From the NCBI GenBank assembly GCA_949299195.1, contig CASFZN010000021.1:7114-71113 (forward strand): 64,000 nucleotides of DNA, written 5' to 3'. This DNA comes from an uncultured bacterium (lineage in GTDB: Bacteria > Bacillota_I > Bacilli_A > RFN20 > CAG-826). Shown here piece by piece: positions 1 through 9,355 of the stretch; within the stretch, counting starts at the first letter, position 1, and each line of letters starts with the position of its first letter. The translations under genes and the position numbers were made by a program. The notes below the pieces were generated by a model. The model did no database searches. It was not told where the DNA came from and saw nothing but the letters and a program-made list of their open reading frames with translations.

Positions 1-2
1 TT

Positions 3-665
3 GATACCACTAGTGAAGGAATAGTTTTAGATAATGGACCTGCTCAATTAACCTATGGGGCTTTATCTAAAATTAAAAACTTTGCAATGACTCCTTTTAA
101 CGCACTTGGAACTGCAATGCTTTCTTTTTGTGGGCAAAATAAGGGTGCTAATAAAACTAAAAGAATTTATAAAGGTATTAAACAGGCGCTATTAATCATG
201 ATTATTATGTATGTAATAATCATGATAATTATGGGGCTTTTAATGATTGATGACTTCTATTTAAAAATCTTTTATTCTTCTTCTATGATTAGTGAAGAAG
301 TAAGTTATTTATCAAAGATAATGTTCTTTTGTTCCTTTCCTTTATTTTTTATATTAGGAATTCTATTTATTTTAAGAAATAGTATCCAGGGAATTGGTAA
401 ATCATTATGGCCTTTTTTAGCCGGAATCGGGGAACTTATTGCTCGAACTATAATCTGTCTATATGGCCCATATTTATTTACTTCTTCCATCGATACTTCA
501 TTGAATTTATTCGATAATCCCTTACCTTTTATAGTGGTTTCTTTTGCTGATCCTGCAGCATGGCTTTTTGCAATTATTGTTTTAATAGCAGGTTATATCT
601 TATATATTTATAAACCTTATAAAAAGTTAATCAATGAAGAAAAACAAGTTAAAGTAGAACGATAA
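3..665 (+). CDS. MATE family efflux transporter, 5'-truncated by the window edge
   Basis: The frame is open from position 3 (DTTSEGIVLDNGPAQLTYGALSKIKNFAM...). It has hydrophobic TM segments and MATE C-lobe motifs (SFCGQNKGA, RNSIQGIG, GIGELIAR). Confidence 0.8.
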   Translation, partial: DTTSEGIVLDNGPAQLTYGALSKIKNFAMTPFNALGTAMLSFCGQNKGANKTKRIYKGIKQALLIMIIMYVIIMIIMGLLMIDDFYLKIFYSSSMISEEVSYLSKIMFFCSFPLFFILGILFILRNSIQGIGKSLWPFLAGIGELIARTIICLYGPYLFTSSIDTSLNLFDNPLPFIVVSFADPAAWLFAIIVLIAGYILYIYKPYKKLINEEKQVKVER

Positions 666-668
666 ATT

Positions 669-707
669 AAAATGGCTATCAGCATATAATCGCTATAGCC
701 ATTTTTT
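669..707. terminator. Bidirectional intrinsic terminator between convergent MATE and hydA genes
   Basis: AAAATGGCTAT...ATAGCCATTTT inverted repeat with T/A tracts on both sides. Confidence 0.65.
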
Positions 708-726
708 AATTAATTTTTATTAACCA

Positions 727-2508
727 CTATTCTTCTTCAATATCTGGATATTTTTCACGTTTATTATTATAGTGAGTATGTAATAACTTATGAGCAAGAG
801 GGGAACCATATTCTGTTAAATATGATTTATAAAGTTCGATAATATCAGGATTTAAATGACTTCTTCTAACCTTTCTAGAACGATCTTCTTCATATAAAAC
901 ATTAGCTCTTTTTGCAATATAAGTATCTAAAATATCATCGTCTTCATTTTCTAAGAATAATGGATAAACGTAAGGTTGTCCACCACCATTAACGCAGCCT
1001 CCAGGACATCCCATAACTTCGATAAAGTCATATTTAGATTTACCTTCTTTAATTTGATCTAATAAGACTTTAGCGTTTTTCATACCACTGCAAATAGCGA
1101 TATTATAGGTATTTCCTAAGATAGTAACACTAGCTTCTTTAATACCTTCAAGTCCTCTACAAGGAGTAAATTCAACCGGTTCAAGTTCATGATTAGTTAA
1201 AATATAGAAAGCGGTTCTAATAGCAGCTTCCATAACGCCACCAGTAACACCAAAAATAACTCCGGCACCAGAATAATCGCCGATTAAATCGTTATCGAAT
1301 TCTTCTTCTGGAAGTTTTTTCCATTGAATACCACTTCTTCTAATAAGTTGTCCTAATTCTCTAGTTGTTAAAACGATATCAACATCTTTAATTCCATCTA
1401 CGCTATTTGCATCTCTTTCTTTTTCGTACTTTTTAGCAGTACAAGGCATAATGGAGACAACACAGATTTTACTACGATCAATTCCACGTTTTTCAGCATA
1501 ATAAGATTTAATAATTGCACCCATCATTTCATGAGGAGATTTACAGCTCGAAAGATGAGGAATAAGTTCAGGATAATAATATTCAATATAGTTAATCCAT
1601 CCAGGAGAACACGAAGTTAACATCGGACCTGGAGTTTTAGTGATAACTCTATGAATAAATTCGTTTGCTTCTTCACAAATTGTTAAATCAGCTGCGAAAT
1701 TAGTATCAAATACTCTATAGAAACCTAACCTATGTAATGCAGCAACCATTTTTCCAGTTGATGGAGTACCTATTTTTTCGCCAAATTCTTCACCAATTGC
1801 AGCTCTAACTGCTGGAGCGGTTTGAACAATAACATATTTGCCTTCAGCAAAAGCTTGGTCAAGTTTATCAATTTCATTATGTTCCATTAATGCGCCAGTA
1901 GGACAAACAAGGGTACATTGACCACATTGAATACATGGAACACTACTAAATGATCTATTTCCTGCAGGACCAACAAAGGTGTTAAATCCTCTTTTTTCAA
2001 AACCTAAGATACCAATACCTTGAGCATCTTTACAGGCTTCGATACATCTACCACATAAAATACATTTTGAAGTATCTCTAACAAGTCCTGGAGCAACATC
2101 ATCATATGTAATTGGAGTTTTTTCTCCAATATATTTTTCTGGCTCGGCACCAACTCTTTTTGAAACTTCTAATAATTCACATTTACCGTTTTTCTTACAA
2201 GTTTGACAACTTAAAGAGTGATTTGAAAGTAATAATTCAACACTGGTTCTTCTAGCGATTACTGCTTGAGGATCAGAAATAAATACTTTTAATCCATCTC
2301 TAACAGGATAAGCGCAAGAAGGAACAAGTCTTCTTTCACCTTCGACTTTAACTAAACAAACTCTACAAGAAGCAACGCTACATCTACCTTTTTTCCAAGT
2401 ACAAAGGTTTGGAATATTATATCCACAGATTTTAGCTGCTTCTAAAACAGTTAAATCATCATCAACTAAATAAGGTTTATTCTCAAAATATACTGTAATT
2501 TTTGCCAT
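727..2508 (-). CDS. hydA: [FeFe]-hydrogenase catalytic subunit (group A3-like, HydA/HndD)
   Basis: H-cluster motifs TSCSPGW, MPCTAKKYE and EVMGCPGGCVNGGGQP. N-terminal 2Fe-2S domain, His-ligated cluster (HSLSCQTC...C) and two CxxCxxCxxxC motifs. Confidence 0.95.
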   Translation of the reverse strand: MAKITVYFENKPYLVDDDLTVLEAAKICGYNIPNLCTWKKGRCSVASCRVCLVKVEGERRLVPSCAYPVRDGLKVFISDPQAVIARRTSVELLLSNHSLSCQTCKKNGKCELLEVSKRVGAEPEKYIGEKTPITYDDVAPGLVRDTSKCILCGRCIEACKDAQGIGILGFEKRGFNTFVGPAGNRSFSSVPCIQCGQCTLVCPTGALMEHNEIDKLDQAFAEGKYVIVQTAPAVRAAIGEEFGEKIGTPSTGKMVAALHRLGFYRVFDTNFAADLTICEEANEFIHRVITKTPGPMLTSCSPGWINYIEYYYPELIPHLSSCKSPHEMMGAIIKSYYAEKRGIDRSKICVVSIMPCTAKKYEKERDANSVDGIKDVDIVLTTRELGQLIRRSGIQWKKLPEEEFDNDLIGDYSGAGVIFGVTGGVMEAAIRTAFYILTNHELEPVEFTPCRGLEGIKEASVTILGNTYNIAICSGMKNAKVLLDQIKEGKSKYDFIEVMGCPGGCVNGGGQPYVYPLFLENEDDDILDTYIAKRANVLYEEDRSRKVRRSHLNPDIIELYKSYLTEYGSPLAHKLLHTHYNNKREKYPDIEEE

Positions 2509-2523
2509 ATATTTTATTCCTCA

Positions 2524-4407
2524 CTATTTCTTATAGATTGCATTAAATTTGCATGATGCAATACATGTATTACATTTAATACACTTATCTTGATCAATAA
2601 CAAATGGCTCTTTACCAACGACTCCATTAATTGCATTAACTGGACATTGTCTAGCACATAAAGAACATTTCTTACATTTTTCAGGATCAATATGGAAACT
2701 GACTAAGGATTTACAAACGCCAGCATCACATTTTTTATCATTAATATGTCTAAGATAGACCTCTTTAAATTTAGTTAAAGTAGAAATAACTGGGTTTGGA
2801 GCGGTTTGACCTAAACCACATAAACTACCTACTTGAATAGATTTAGCTAAGGTTTCTAACTTTTCAATATCTTCAATTGTTCCCTTACCTTCGGTGATTT
2901 TAGTTAAAATTTCTAATAATCTCTTAGTTCCGATACGACATTGTGAACATTTACCACATGATTCATCGCAAATAAATTCAAGATAGAATTTAGCAACATC
3001 AACCATACAGTTATCTTCATCCATAACGATTGCGCCACCACTTCCCATCATTGAACCTTTAGCGATAAGATTATCAAAATCAATTGGAGTATCTAATTCA
3101 TTTAAAGTTAAACATCCACCACTTGGACCACCTGTTTGGATAGCTTGGAATCTCTTATTATTAGGAATTCCCCCACCAATATCATAAACAAGTTCTCTTA
3201 AAGTAGTTCCCATAGGAACTTCAACTAAGCCAACGTTTTTAACCTTACCTCCGAGAGCAAAAACTTTGGTTCCACTACTCTTTTCGGTTCCAATTTTTCT
3301 AAATTCTTCGCCACCAACTCTTAATATATAAGGTATATTAGCTAAAGTTTCGACATTATTAATAATAGTTGGTTTTCCCCATAAACCCTTAACTGCTGGG
3401 AATGGAGGACGTGGACGAGGCATACCTCTTTTACCTTCGATTGAGTTAAGTAATGCAGTTTCTTCTCCACAAACGAAAGCGCCGGCTCCTAAACGAATAT
3501 GAACATCAAAATCAAATCCAGTATTTAAAATATTTTTACCTAATAATCCAACTTCCCTTAATTCTTTAATTGCAGTTTGAAGTCTATTAACAGCGATAGG
3601 ATATTCAGCTCTAACATAGAAATAACCATTTTTAGCACCAATTGCGTAACCGGCAATCATCATACCTTCGATAACGCTAACTGGGTTACCTTCTAAAATA
3701 GATCTATCCATGAAGGCACCTGGATCGCCTTCATCGCCATTACAAACAACATATTTTTCGTCGTTTTGTTGTTCATAAGCAAATTGCCATTTTCTTCCAG
3801 TTGGGAAGCCTCCACCGCCTCTTCCTCTAAGTCCTGAAGTTAAAACCTCACCAATTACTTCTTTTTGAGACATATGAAGAGCTTTAATCAAACCTTTAAA
3901 AGCGTCATAACCAAATGCTTCTTCTAATTTTTCAGGGTTGATTGTGCCACATCCATGTAAAGCGATACGAAGTTGTTTTTTATAGAAAGTAATATCATCT
4001 TGTCTTTCGACCTTTTTATTAACGATTGGATCCAAATAAAGTAAATCTTCAATGCATTTTCCTTCGATGATATCTTCATTAATAATTCTTTCACAGTCCT
4101 TTACTTTTACTGCATGATAAAGTCTATCTTCAGGATAGATTTTAACGAATGGTCCTTGAGAACAGAATCCAAAGCAACCAACAACATTAACTGTAACTTT
4201 ATCTTCTAATTTTTTAGCTTTAATTAATCTTTCAAGTTCATTAATAATCTCTTGAGAATCAGATGATAAACATCCGGTTCCTCCACATACTACAATATGC
4301 CTTTTCCCATCTTTTCCATTAAACTTTTTCTTAAGATTATCACTACATTTAGTAATAGTGGTATTTAATTCTTGCTCAGTTTTAATCTTTTTAATTCCAG
4401 TAGCCAT
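2524..4407 (-). CDS. hydB: NuoF-like NAD(H)/FMN-binding diaphorase subunit (HydB/HndC)
   Basis: SGLRGRGGGGFPTG, NGDEGDPGAFMDR, GAGAFVCGEETAL and ESCGKC motifs. N-terminal thioredoxin-like 2Fe-2S domain and C-terminal 2x[4Fe-4S]. Confidence 0.93.
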   Translation of the reverse strand: MATGIKKIKTEQELNTTITKCSDNLKKKFNGKDGKRHIVVCGGTGCLSSDSQEIINELERLIKAKKLEDKVTVNVVGCFGFCSQGPFVKIYPEDRLYHAVKVKDCERIINEDIIEGKCIEDLLYLDPIVNKKVERQDDITFYKKQLRIALHGCGTINPEKLEEAFGYDAFKGLIKALHMSQKEVIGEVLTSGLRGRGGGGFPTGRKWQFAYEQQNDEKYVVCNGDEGDPGAFMDRSILEGNPVSVIEGMMIAGYAIGAKNGYFYVRAEYPIAVNRLQTAIKELREVGLLGKNILNTGFDFDVHIRLGAGAFVCGEETALLNSIEGKRGMPRPRPPFPAVKGLWGKPTIINNVETLANIPYILRVGGEEFRKIGTEKSSGTKVFALGGKVKNVGLVEVPMGTTLRELVYDIGGGIPNNKRFQAIQTGGPSGGCLTLNELDTPIDFDNLIAKGSMMGSGGAIVMDEDNCMVDVAKFYLEFICDESCGKCSQCRIGTKRLLEILTKITEGKGTIEDIEKLETLAKSIQVGSLCGLGQTAPNPVISTLTKFKEVYLRHINDKKCDAGVCKSLVSFHIDPEKCKKCSLCARQCPVNAINGVVGKEPFVIDQDKCIKCNTCIASCKFNAIYKK

Positions 4408-4409
4408 AA

Positions 4410-4895
4410 CTATACCTCTTTATCTTTTTTACGATATTCTTCAATAATAGTAGGGACTTGTGCTAAGGTGACTTTTGGATATACCTTGCCATTAATACTA
4501 ATAGCAGGAGCAATTCCACAGGCACCAATACATCTTAAAGCATCAAGTGTAAATAACCCATCTTCTGTAGTTTGACCAGGTTTAATCTTTAAGATTTCTG
4601 AGAATTTATCGATGATATTTTGACCGCCCTTAACATAACAGGCAGTTCCTAAACAAACACCGATAACAAACCTTCCTTTAGGAGTTAAACTAAAGAAAGA
4701 ATAGAATGTAACAACCCCATAAATGTCACTTACAGGAACTCCGGTTTCTTTAGAAATAATTTCTTGAACTTCTAAAGGAATATAACCATATTCTTTTTGA
4801 GTTTCTGAAAGAATCAACATTAATGGAGATGGTTCATCCTTATACTTATTGCAGATATTAACGATAATATCTACTGCTTCTTTTCTTAAATGCAT
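4410..4895 (-). CDS. hydC: NuoE-like 2Fe-2S subunit (HydC/HndA)
   Basis: GVVTFYSFF, VCLGTAC and RCIGAC motifs. ATG at 4895 is preferred because a GGAG RBS precedes it. Confidence 0.92.
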   Translation of the reverse strand: MHLRKEAVDIIVNICNKYKDEPSPLMLILSETQKEYGYIPLEVQEIISKETGVPVSDIYGVVTFYSFFSLTPKGRFVIGVCLGTACYVKGGQNIIDKFSEILKIKPGQTTEDGLFTLDALRCIGACGIAPAISINGKVYPKVTLAQVPTIIEEYRKKDKEV

Positions 4896-4961
4896 AATTA
4901 TTTTTCTCCACAAAAAAACTTGTTTTAATTAATTAAATTATAGTTCTTTTGTTATTAATAA

Positions 4962-4990
4962 ACTATTAAAATTTGCATATTACTTGTCAA
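4962..4990 (-). promoter_or_regulatory. Putative sigma-A promoter of the hydrogenase operon
   Basis: TTGACA-17 bp-AATAGT on the minus strand upstream of hydC. Confidence 0.5.
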
Positions 4991-5071
4991 ACTTATGAAT
5001 AATTTGATAATATGATTAACTGTTAGTTTTGACTAACATAATTTATAATACGTAACATCCTTCTATTAAAA

Positions 5072-5105
5072 CCAAAAACTAGGCATAAATGCCTAGTTTT
5101 TTTGG
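5072..5105 (-). terminator. Intrinsic terminator downstream of the EF-G paralog
   Basis: AAAAACTAGGCAT-AA-ATGCCTAGTTTTT hairpin. Confidence 0.75.
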
Positions 5106-5134
5106 ATAATATTTTATCCTAAATATTTATTAAA

Positions 5135-7198
5135 TTAGTTTTGCTTATTTAAAGCATTTTCAGCAATAACTTTATCTTTTAAGTTATGAGGAACTTCTTC
5201 ATATGCTTCAAAGACTCTATTAAAGTAACCGCCACCTTGAGTAATAGATTTAAGTTTAGCACTATATTCATTAATTTCAGCTTCAGGAATTGAAGCAATA
5301 ATCTTTTGAGTATCAACTCCATCTTCTTCCATCATGATATTTTTAGCACGTCTAGTATTTAAATCACTGATAACATCGCCAATATATTTATTTTCAACAT
5401 AGATTGTAACTCTCATAATTGGTTCCAAAATGATTGGTTTACAGTTCATATATGCTTCTTTGAAAGCTAAAATTGCTGCCATTTTAAATGCCATTTCGTT
5501 ACTATCAACTGGGTGATATTTACCATCTTTTAAGGTTCCTTTAACTCCAATAACTGGGAAGCCTGCTAAAAGTCCACTATTTAAAGCTTCAAAGAAACCC
5601 TTTTCAACTGCAGGGAAGTATTGTTTTGGAACAGTTCCACCAAAGACTGTTTCTTCAAAACAAGATTCTTCGCAAGGTTCAAAACTCATAACTACTACGC
5701 CATAGAAACCACTACCACCAGATTGTTTAATATATCTTCCGGTTGCTTCAGCACTTCCTTTAATAGATTCTCTATATACTACTTTTGGAGCGCTGGTAGT
5801 ACATTCGATTTTATATGTATTTTTAAGTTTATCTAAAACATAGGTTAAATGATGATTTCCTAATCCACCAATTAATAATTGCTTAGTTTCTTGATTTCTT
5901 TTAACTCCAATGGTTGGATCTTCTAAAGTAATCTTAGCTAAAACGCCCGAAATCTTATCTTCATCTTTTTTGGATGTTAATTCGATTGCACGGTAATAAA
6001 CTGGGGTAGGATATTTTGGTTTATCATAGATTGTGACATTTTTAGGATCACAAATAGTGCCACCAGTAACTAAATCATCAATTTTTGCTAATGCAACAAT
6101 ATCACCAGCATTAACTTCATCCACATTTATTTGTTTTTTACCTTCTAAATAGAACATTGAAGAGACTTTTTGAGTCTTTCCTGTTTCTGGATTTAAGATT
6201 TCATCTCCAAGTTTTAATTTACCACTATTAATTTTAACAATATTTATTGTTCCGCTATAAAGGTCTGAAATTGTTTTGAAACAATATGCAGAGAATGGTT
6301 CATCAACAGTTGTTTTTCTTTCAACAGGTTCTTTATTTGCTCCTGTTGCATCGAAAGGTTTTAAGTCTTCTGGAGATGGTAAATAATCTAAAATCATTGA
6401 GATTAAAGTATTACATCCAATATTTTTTGGAGCACATCCAACTAATAAAGGATCAATTTCTCCATCAATAACACCTTTTCTTAAACCGTGTCTAATTTCT
6501 TCTCTAGTTAAGGTTTCTCCAGCAAAGAATTTATCTAATAATTCATCGCTAGTTGTTGCAACAGCTTCTAAAACCATGTTGTTATATTCTAAAACTGTTG
6601 CTTTTTTATCTTCATAGATTTCAGCATCGACACATTTTGTGCCATCAAAGATTCTTGCTTTCAAATCAACACAGTTGGCAAAGCCATCAAATTGATCAGC
6701 ATGACCTAATGGATAGCAGAATGGAGCGACCTTCTTACCTAATTTTTCTCTAATTTCAGTTAATAAGGCATCAAAATCAATATTTTCTTTATCCATTTTA
6801 TTAACGAATATTAAAGTAGGAATATTTTTTCTCTTTAACATTCTAAAATGTTTAAGTGTGCCTTGTTGGACGCCACTTGTTGCATCGATAACAAGAATTG
6901 CGCCTTTGATTATGCTTGTAACGCCTATAATTTCTCCAACAAAGTCATCGTTTCCAGGTAAATCGATTAAATTAATTCGATAACCATCATGTTCGAAAGG
7001 AACTATTGAAGCTTGAATAGATGATAATCTATCTTGCTCCTCTTTAAGATAGTCACTAATAGTGGTTCCTTTCTCTATCGTACCTTTGGTTGCACTATTA
7101 GTTCCCATTTGATATAAGGCTTCAACAAGTGTCGTTTTTCCTGAGCCTTGATGCCCTAAAACAACAACGTTCCTTATTTTATCGGGTGTGAAACTCAT
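5135..7198 (-). CDS. fusA2: Elongation factor G-like paralog (EF-G2 type)
   Basis: G1 GHQGSGKTT, G3 DLPGN, G4 NKMD, and domain IV/V motifs YRESI, KQSGGSG, YHPVDSNEMAFK and ILEPIM. It stands alone, not in an rpsL-rpsG operon. Confidence 0.88.
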   Translation of the reverse strand: MSFTPDKIRNVVVLGHQGSGKTTLVEALYQMGTNSATKGTIEKGTTISDYLKEEQDRLSSIQASIVPFEHDGYRINLIDLPGNDDFVGEIIGVTSIIKGAILVIDATSGVQQGTLKHFRMLKRKNIPTLIFVNKMDKENIDFDALLTEIREKLGKKVAPFCYPLGHADQFDGFANCVDLKARIFDGTKCVDAEIYEDKKATVLEYNNMVLEAVATTSDELLDKFFAGETLTREEIRHGLRKGVIDGEIDPLLVGCAPKNIGCNTLISMILDYLPSPEDLKPFDATGANKEPVERKTTVDEPFSAYCFKTISDLYSGTINIVKINSGKLKLGDEILNPETGKTQKVSSMFYLEGKKQINVDEVNAGDIVALAKIDDLVTGGTICDPKNVTIYDKPKYPTPVYYRAIELTSKKDEDKISGVLAKITLEDPTIGVKRNQETKQLLIGGLGNHHLTYVLDKLKNTYKIECTTSAPKVVYRESIKGSAEATGRYIKQSGGSGFYGVVVMSFEPCEESCFEETVFGGTVPKQYFPAVEKGFFEALNSGLLAGFPVIGVKGTLKDGKYHPVDSNEMAFKMAAILAFKEAYMNCKPIILEPIMRVTIYVENKYIGDVISDLNTRRAKNIMMEEDGVDTQKIIASIPEAEINEYSAKLKSITQGGGYFNRVFEAYEEVPHNLKDKVIAENALNKQN

Positions 7199-7679
7199 TA
7201 TCTTTCCTCCTAAATTATGTGAAGATTTTTTAAATTTCTAAAACTAATCTTATCATAGAAATTATTTTTAACATAATGTTTGTTTAAAATTTTTGAAATA
7301 TATTTTTTGAGTTAAAAATATAAAAAATAATTCTTAATATAAAATAAAGTTAGAAAAAGTATAACTACATAAAGATTTATATAGACATAGAAAAGAATAT
7401 TTTTTGTTATATTGTTTTTAATTAAATAATATAAGGATTTTTAAGTCACTTTTTTAATTAAATTTTAATTTTTTTATTAAAAAACATAATTAGTTGAGAA
7501 TTAGAAGTTTTTTATTAGTGAGTAGGTATTTAAATTGACAAAAAATAACATTTAGTTTTCAAAACGAGATTCCATAGTTTTTAAAATCTAGAAATTAAAA
7601 ACAATTGAAGTTTATGCTTGTTTTTTGTTTTTAATAATATTATCATTATAGCGTTTATTAAAAGAGATGTTAAAAAGAT

Positions 7680-9353
7680 ATGAGTAAAAAGTTTTTATTA
7701 CCATCATCGCTATTATGTTGTTCAATTTTGTGCTCATGCGGCACTCTTCAAAAGGATTCATGCGGAGATAATGGTTGTTTAAATATTGATGTTGAGAGCT
7801 TAGATCCATTAGAAGCTTATAAATTTTTTAATGGGATTTTTTCTAGTGAAGAAGGCTTTGATTTTAAAGTAGAAAGTGAAGGTAAAATAATATCTAAAAG
7901 AGGTTATTCACAATCTATTAAAGAAATAAAAGCAAAGAAAGATAATGAATATTTTTCTAAGAAAGATGTAGTAAGTGATATCTATCCTACCTCTTCTATA
8001 AAAAGATATATAAATAATGAAGATAACACTTACGCAATTAGTGAATCTAGTGATAAAAATAACGATATATTCACTAATTATTCCAATTATTCTTTCCTTA
8101 ATGAAGAAGAATATTTTAAGAATTATGGCTCTTTTATCAACGAAATTACAGATTTTATCGTAAATCCTGATGCAGTTGATAAATCTTTTTTAAGTTATGA
8201 AAAAATCGATAGTTCTTCTTCTATCATTTATAATTATGATGTTTCATTAAGTAACGTTCTTAAAGGGGATGCTGATTTAAGCGAAGAAAATTACGAAGAT
8301 AATATCGATAATTATGAATATATAAATGCAGCTTATTACGAAGAAAAAGAAATTTTAAATTTCTTCCCAATTTTTGAAGAAATTCATATTGATGAAGCTA
8401 ATTTATCAATTACCTATTTTAAAGAAAATGATAATGATAGCTTAAATAATAATATTAAATTTAATATTGAAGTAAACGAAAAATTAAGGATAAATACTAT
8501 TGAATTTGATTATTCATTAATCTCTACTTTTGATTTAATTAAAAATGAAGAATATCCTACTAATTATAAGGATTTAATCGATGAAATCTCTAAAAGTGTT
8601 GAAGTTTCTAAAGGAGTAATGAAAGATGAATTATATGCCTTATATGTAGATATAAATAATAAATATAAGACTATGAATTATTATACTTATACCGAATCTA
8701 GTGTTAATGCGCTAGGAGGTATTTATAATCAAACCGTTAAAGGCTTTAAGATTAAAAATAATAACGAATATTTCTTCCAAACAGTCACTACTTCTGCATT
8801 TGTTAAAAAAGCCGAATTAAGATATGAAAATAGTGAACTAAACTCTTATAAAATCGCTAGTGGTAATGATCCTGATACCAGCGTAAATTATGGTAAAGTT
8901 TCTTCTTGGAATAAATGGGAAAATTATTCTTATGAAGACTATATTTCAACTCTTGGTCACACCATGGAAAACGTTACTAACTATATAGTTGATGATGAAG
9001 AATATCAAAAATCCTTCCTTGATGCTTATATTAATGAAAATGATGAAGAAAAAATCATCACCTATAAGATGTCGATAAATGAAACTGAAACCCATATCGA
9101 TTCAATTAAAGACTATAAGGTAGAAATGAATCATATGTCAGGAATGGGAGAACCAAGTTTTGATTATAGCGAATTTGATTTATATTTAGATAAAGAAACT
9201 AATAATATCAACCGAATTGTTCAAAAAGAAAAATATTCTACCGGCGGATTTAGCTGCGAAGCTATTATGACTACTTATTTTGAAATTTATGATGATATCA
9301 CTACCTTACCAAAGGAAATCTATCAAACTTATAATAACGAGGTATTAAATTAA
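7680..9353 (+). CDS. Hypothetical lipoprotein with two internally homologous domains
   Basis: 557-aa ORF. Basic N-terminus and hydrophobic stretch ending in a lipobox-like ILCSC. Acidic mature region. Confidence 0.7.
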   Translation: MSKKFLLPSSLLCCSILCSCGTLQKDSCGDNGCLNIDVESLDPLEAYKFFNGIFSSEEGFDFKVESEGKIISKRGYSQSIKEIKAKKDNEYFSKKDVVSDIYPTSSIKRYINNEDNTYAISESSDKNNDIFTNYSNYSFLNEEEYFKNYGSFINEITDFIVNPDAVDKSFLSYEKIDSSSSIIYNYDVSLSNVLKGDADLSEENYEDNIDNYEYINAAYYEEKEILNFFPIFEEIHIDEANLSITYFKENDNDSLNNNIKFNIEVNEKLRINTIEFDYSLISTFDLIKNEEYPTNYKDLIDEISKSVEVSKGVMKDELYALYVDINNKYKTMNYYTYTESSVNALGGIYNQTVKGFKIKNNNEYFFQTVTTSAFVKKAELRYENSELNSYKIASGNDPDTSVNYGKVSSWNKWENYSYEDYISTLGHTMENVTNYIVDDEEYQKSFLDAYINENDEEKIITYKMSINETETHIDSIKDYKVEMNHMSGMGEPSFDYSEFDLYLDKETNNINRIVQKEKYSTGGFSCEAIMTTYFEIYDDITTLPKEIYQTYNNEVLN

Positions 9354-9355
9354 TT

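Noticed and set aside
7199-7679. AT-rich divergent intergenic region as oriC
   Set aside because: I saw no TTATCCACA DnaA-box cluster and no dnaA/dnaN nearby. It is better explained as a divergent promoter region.
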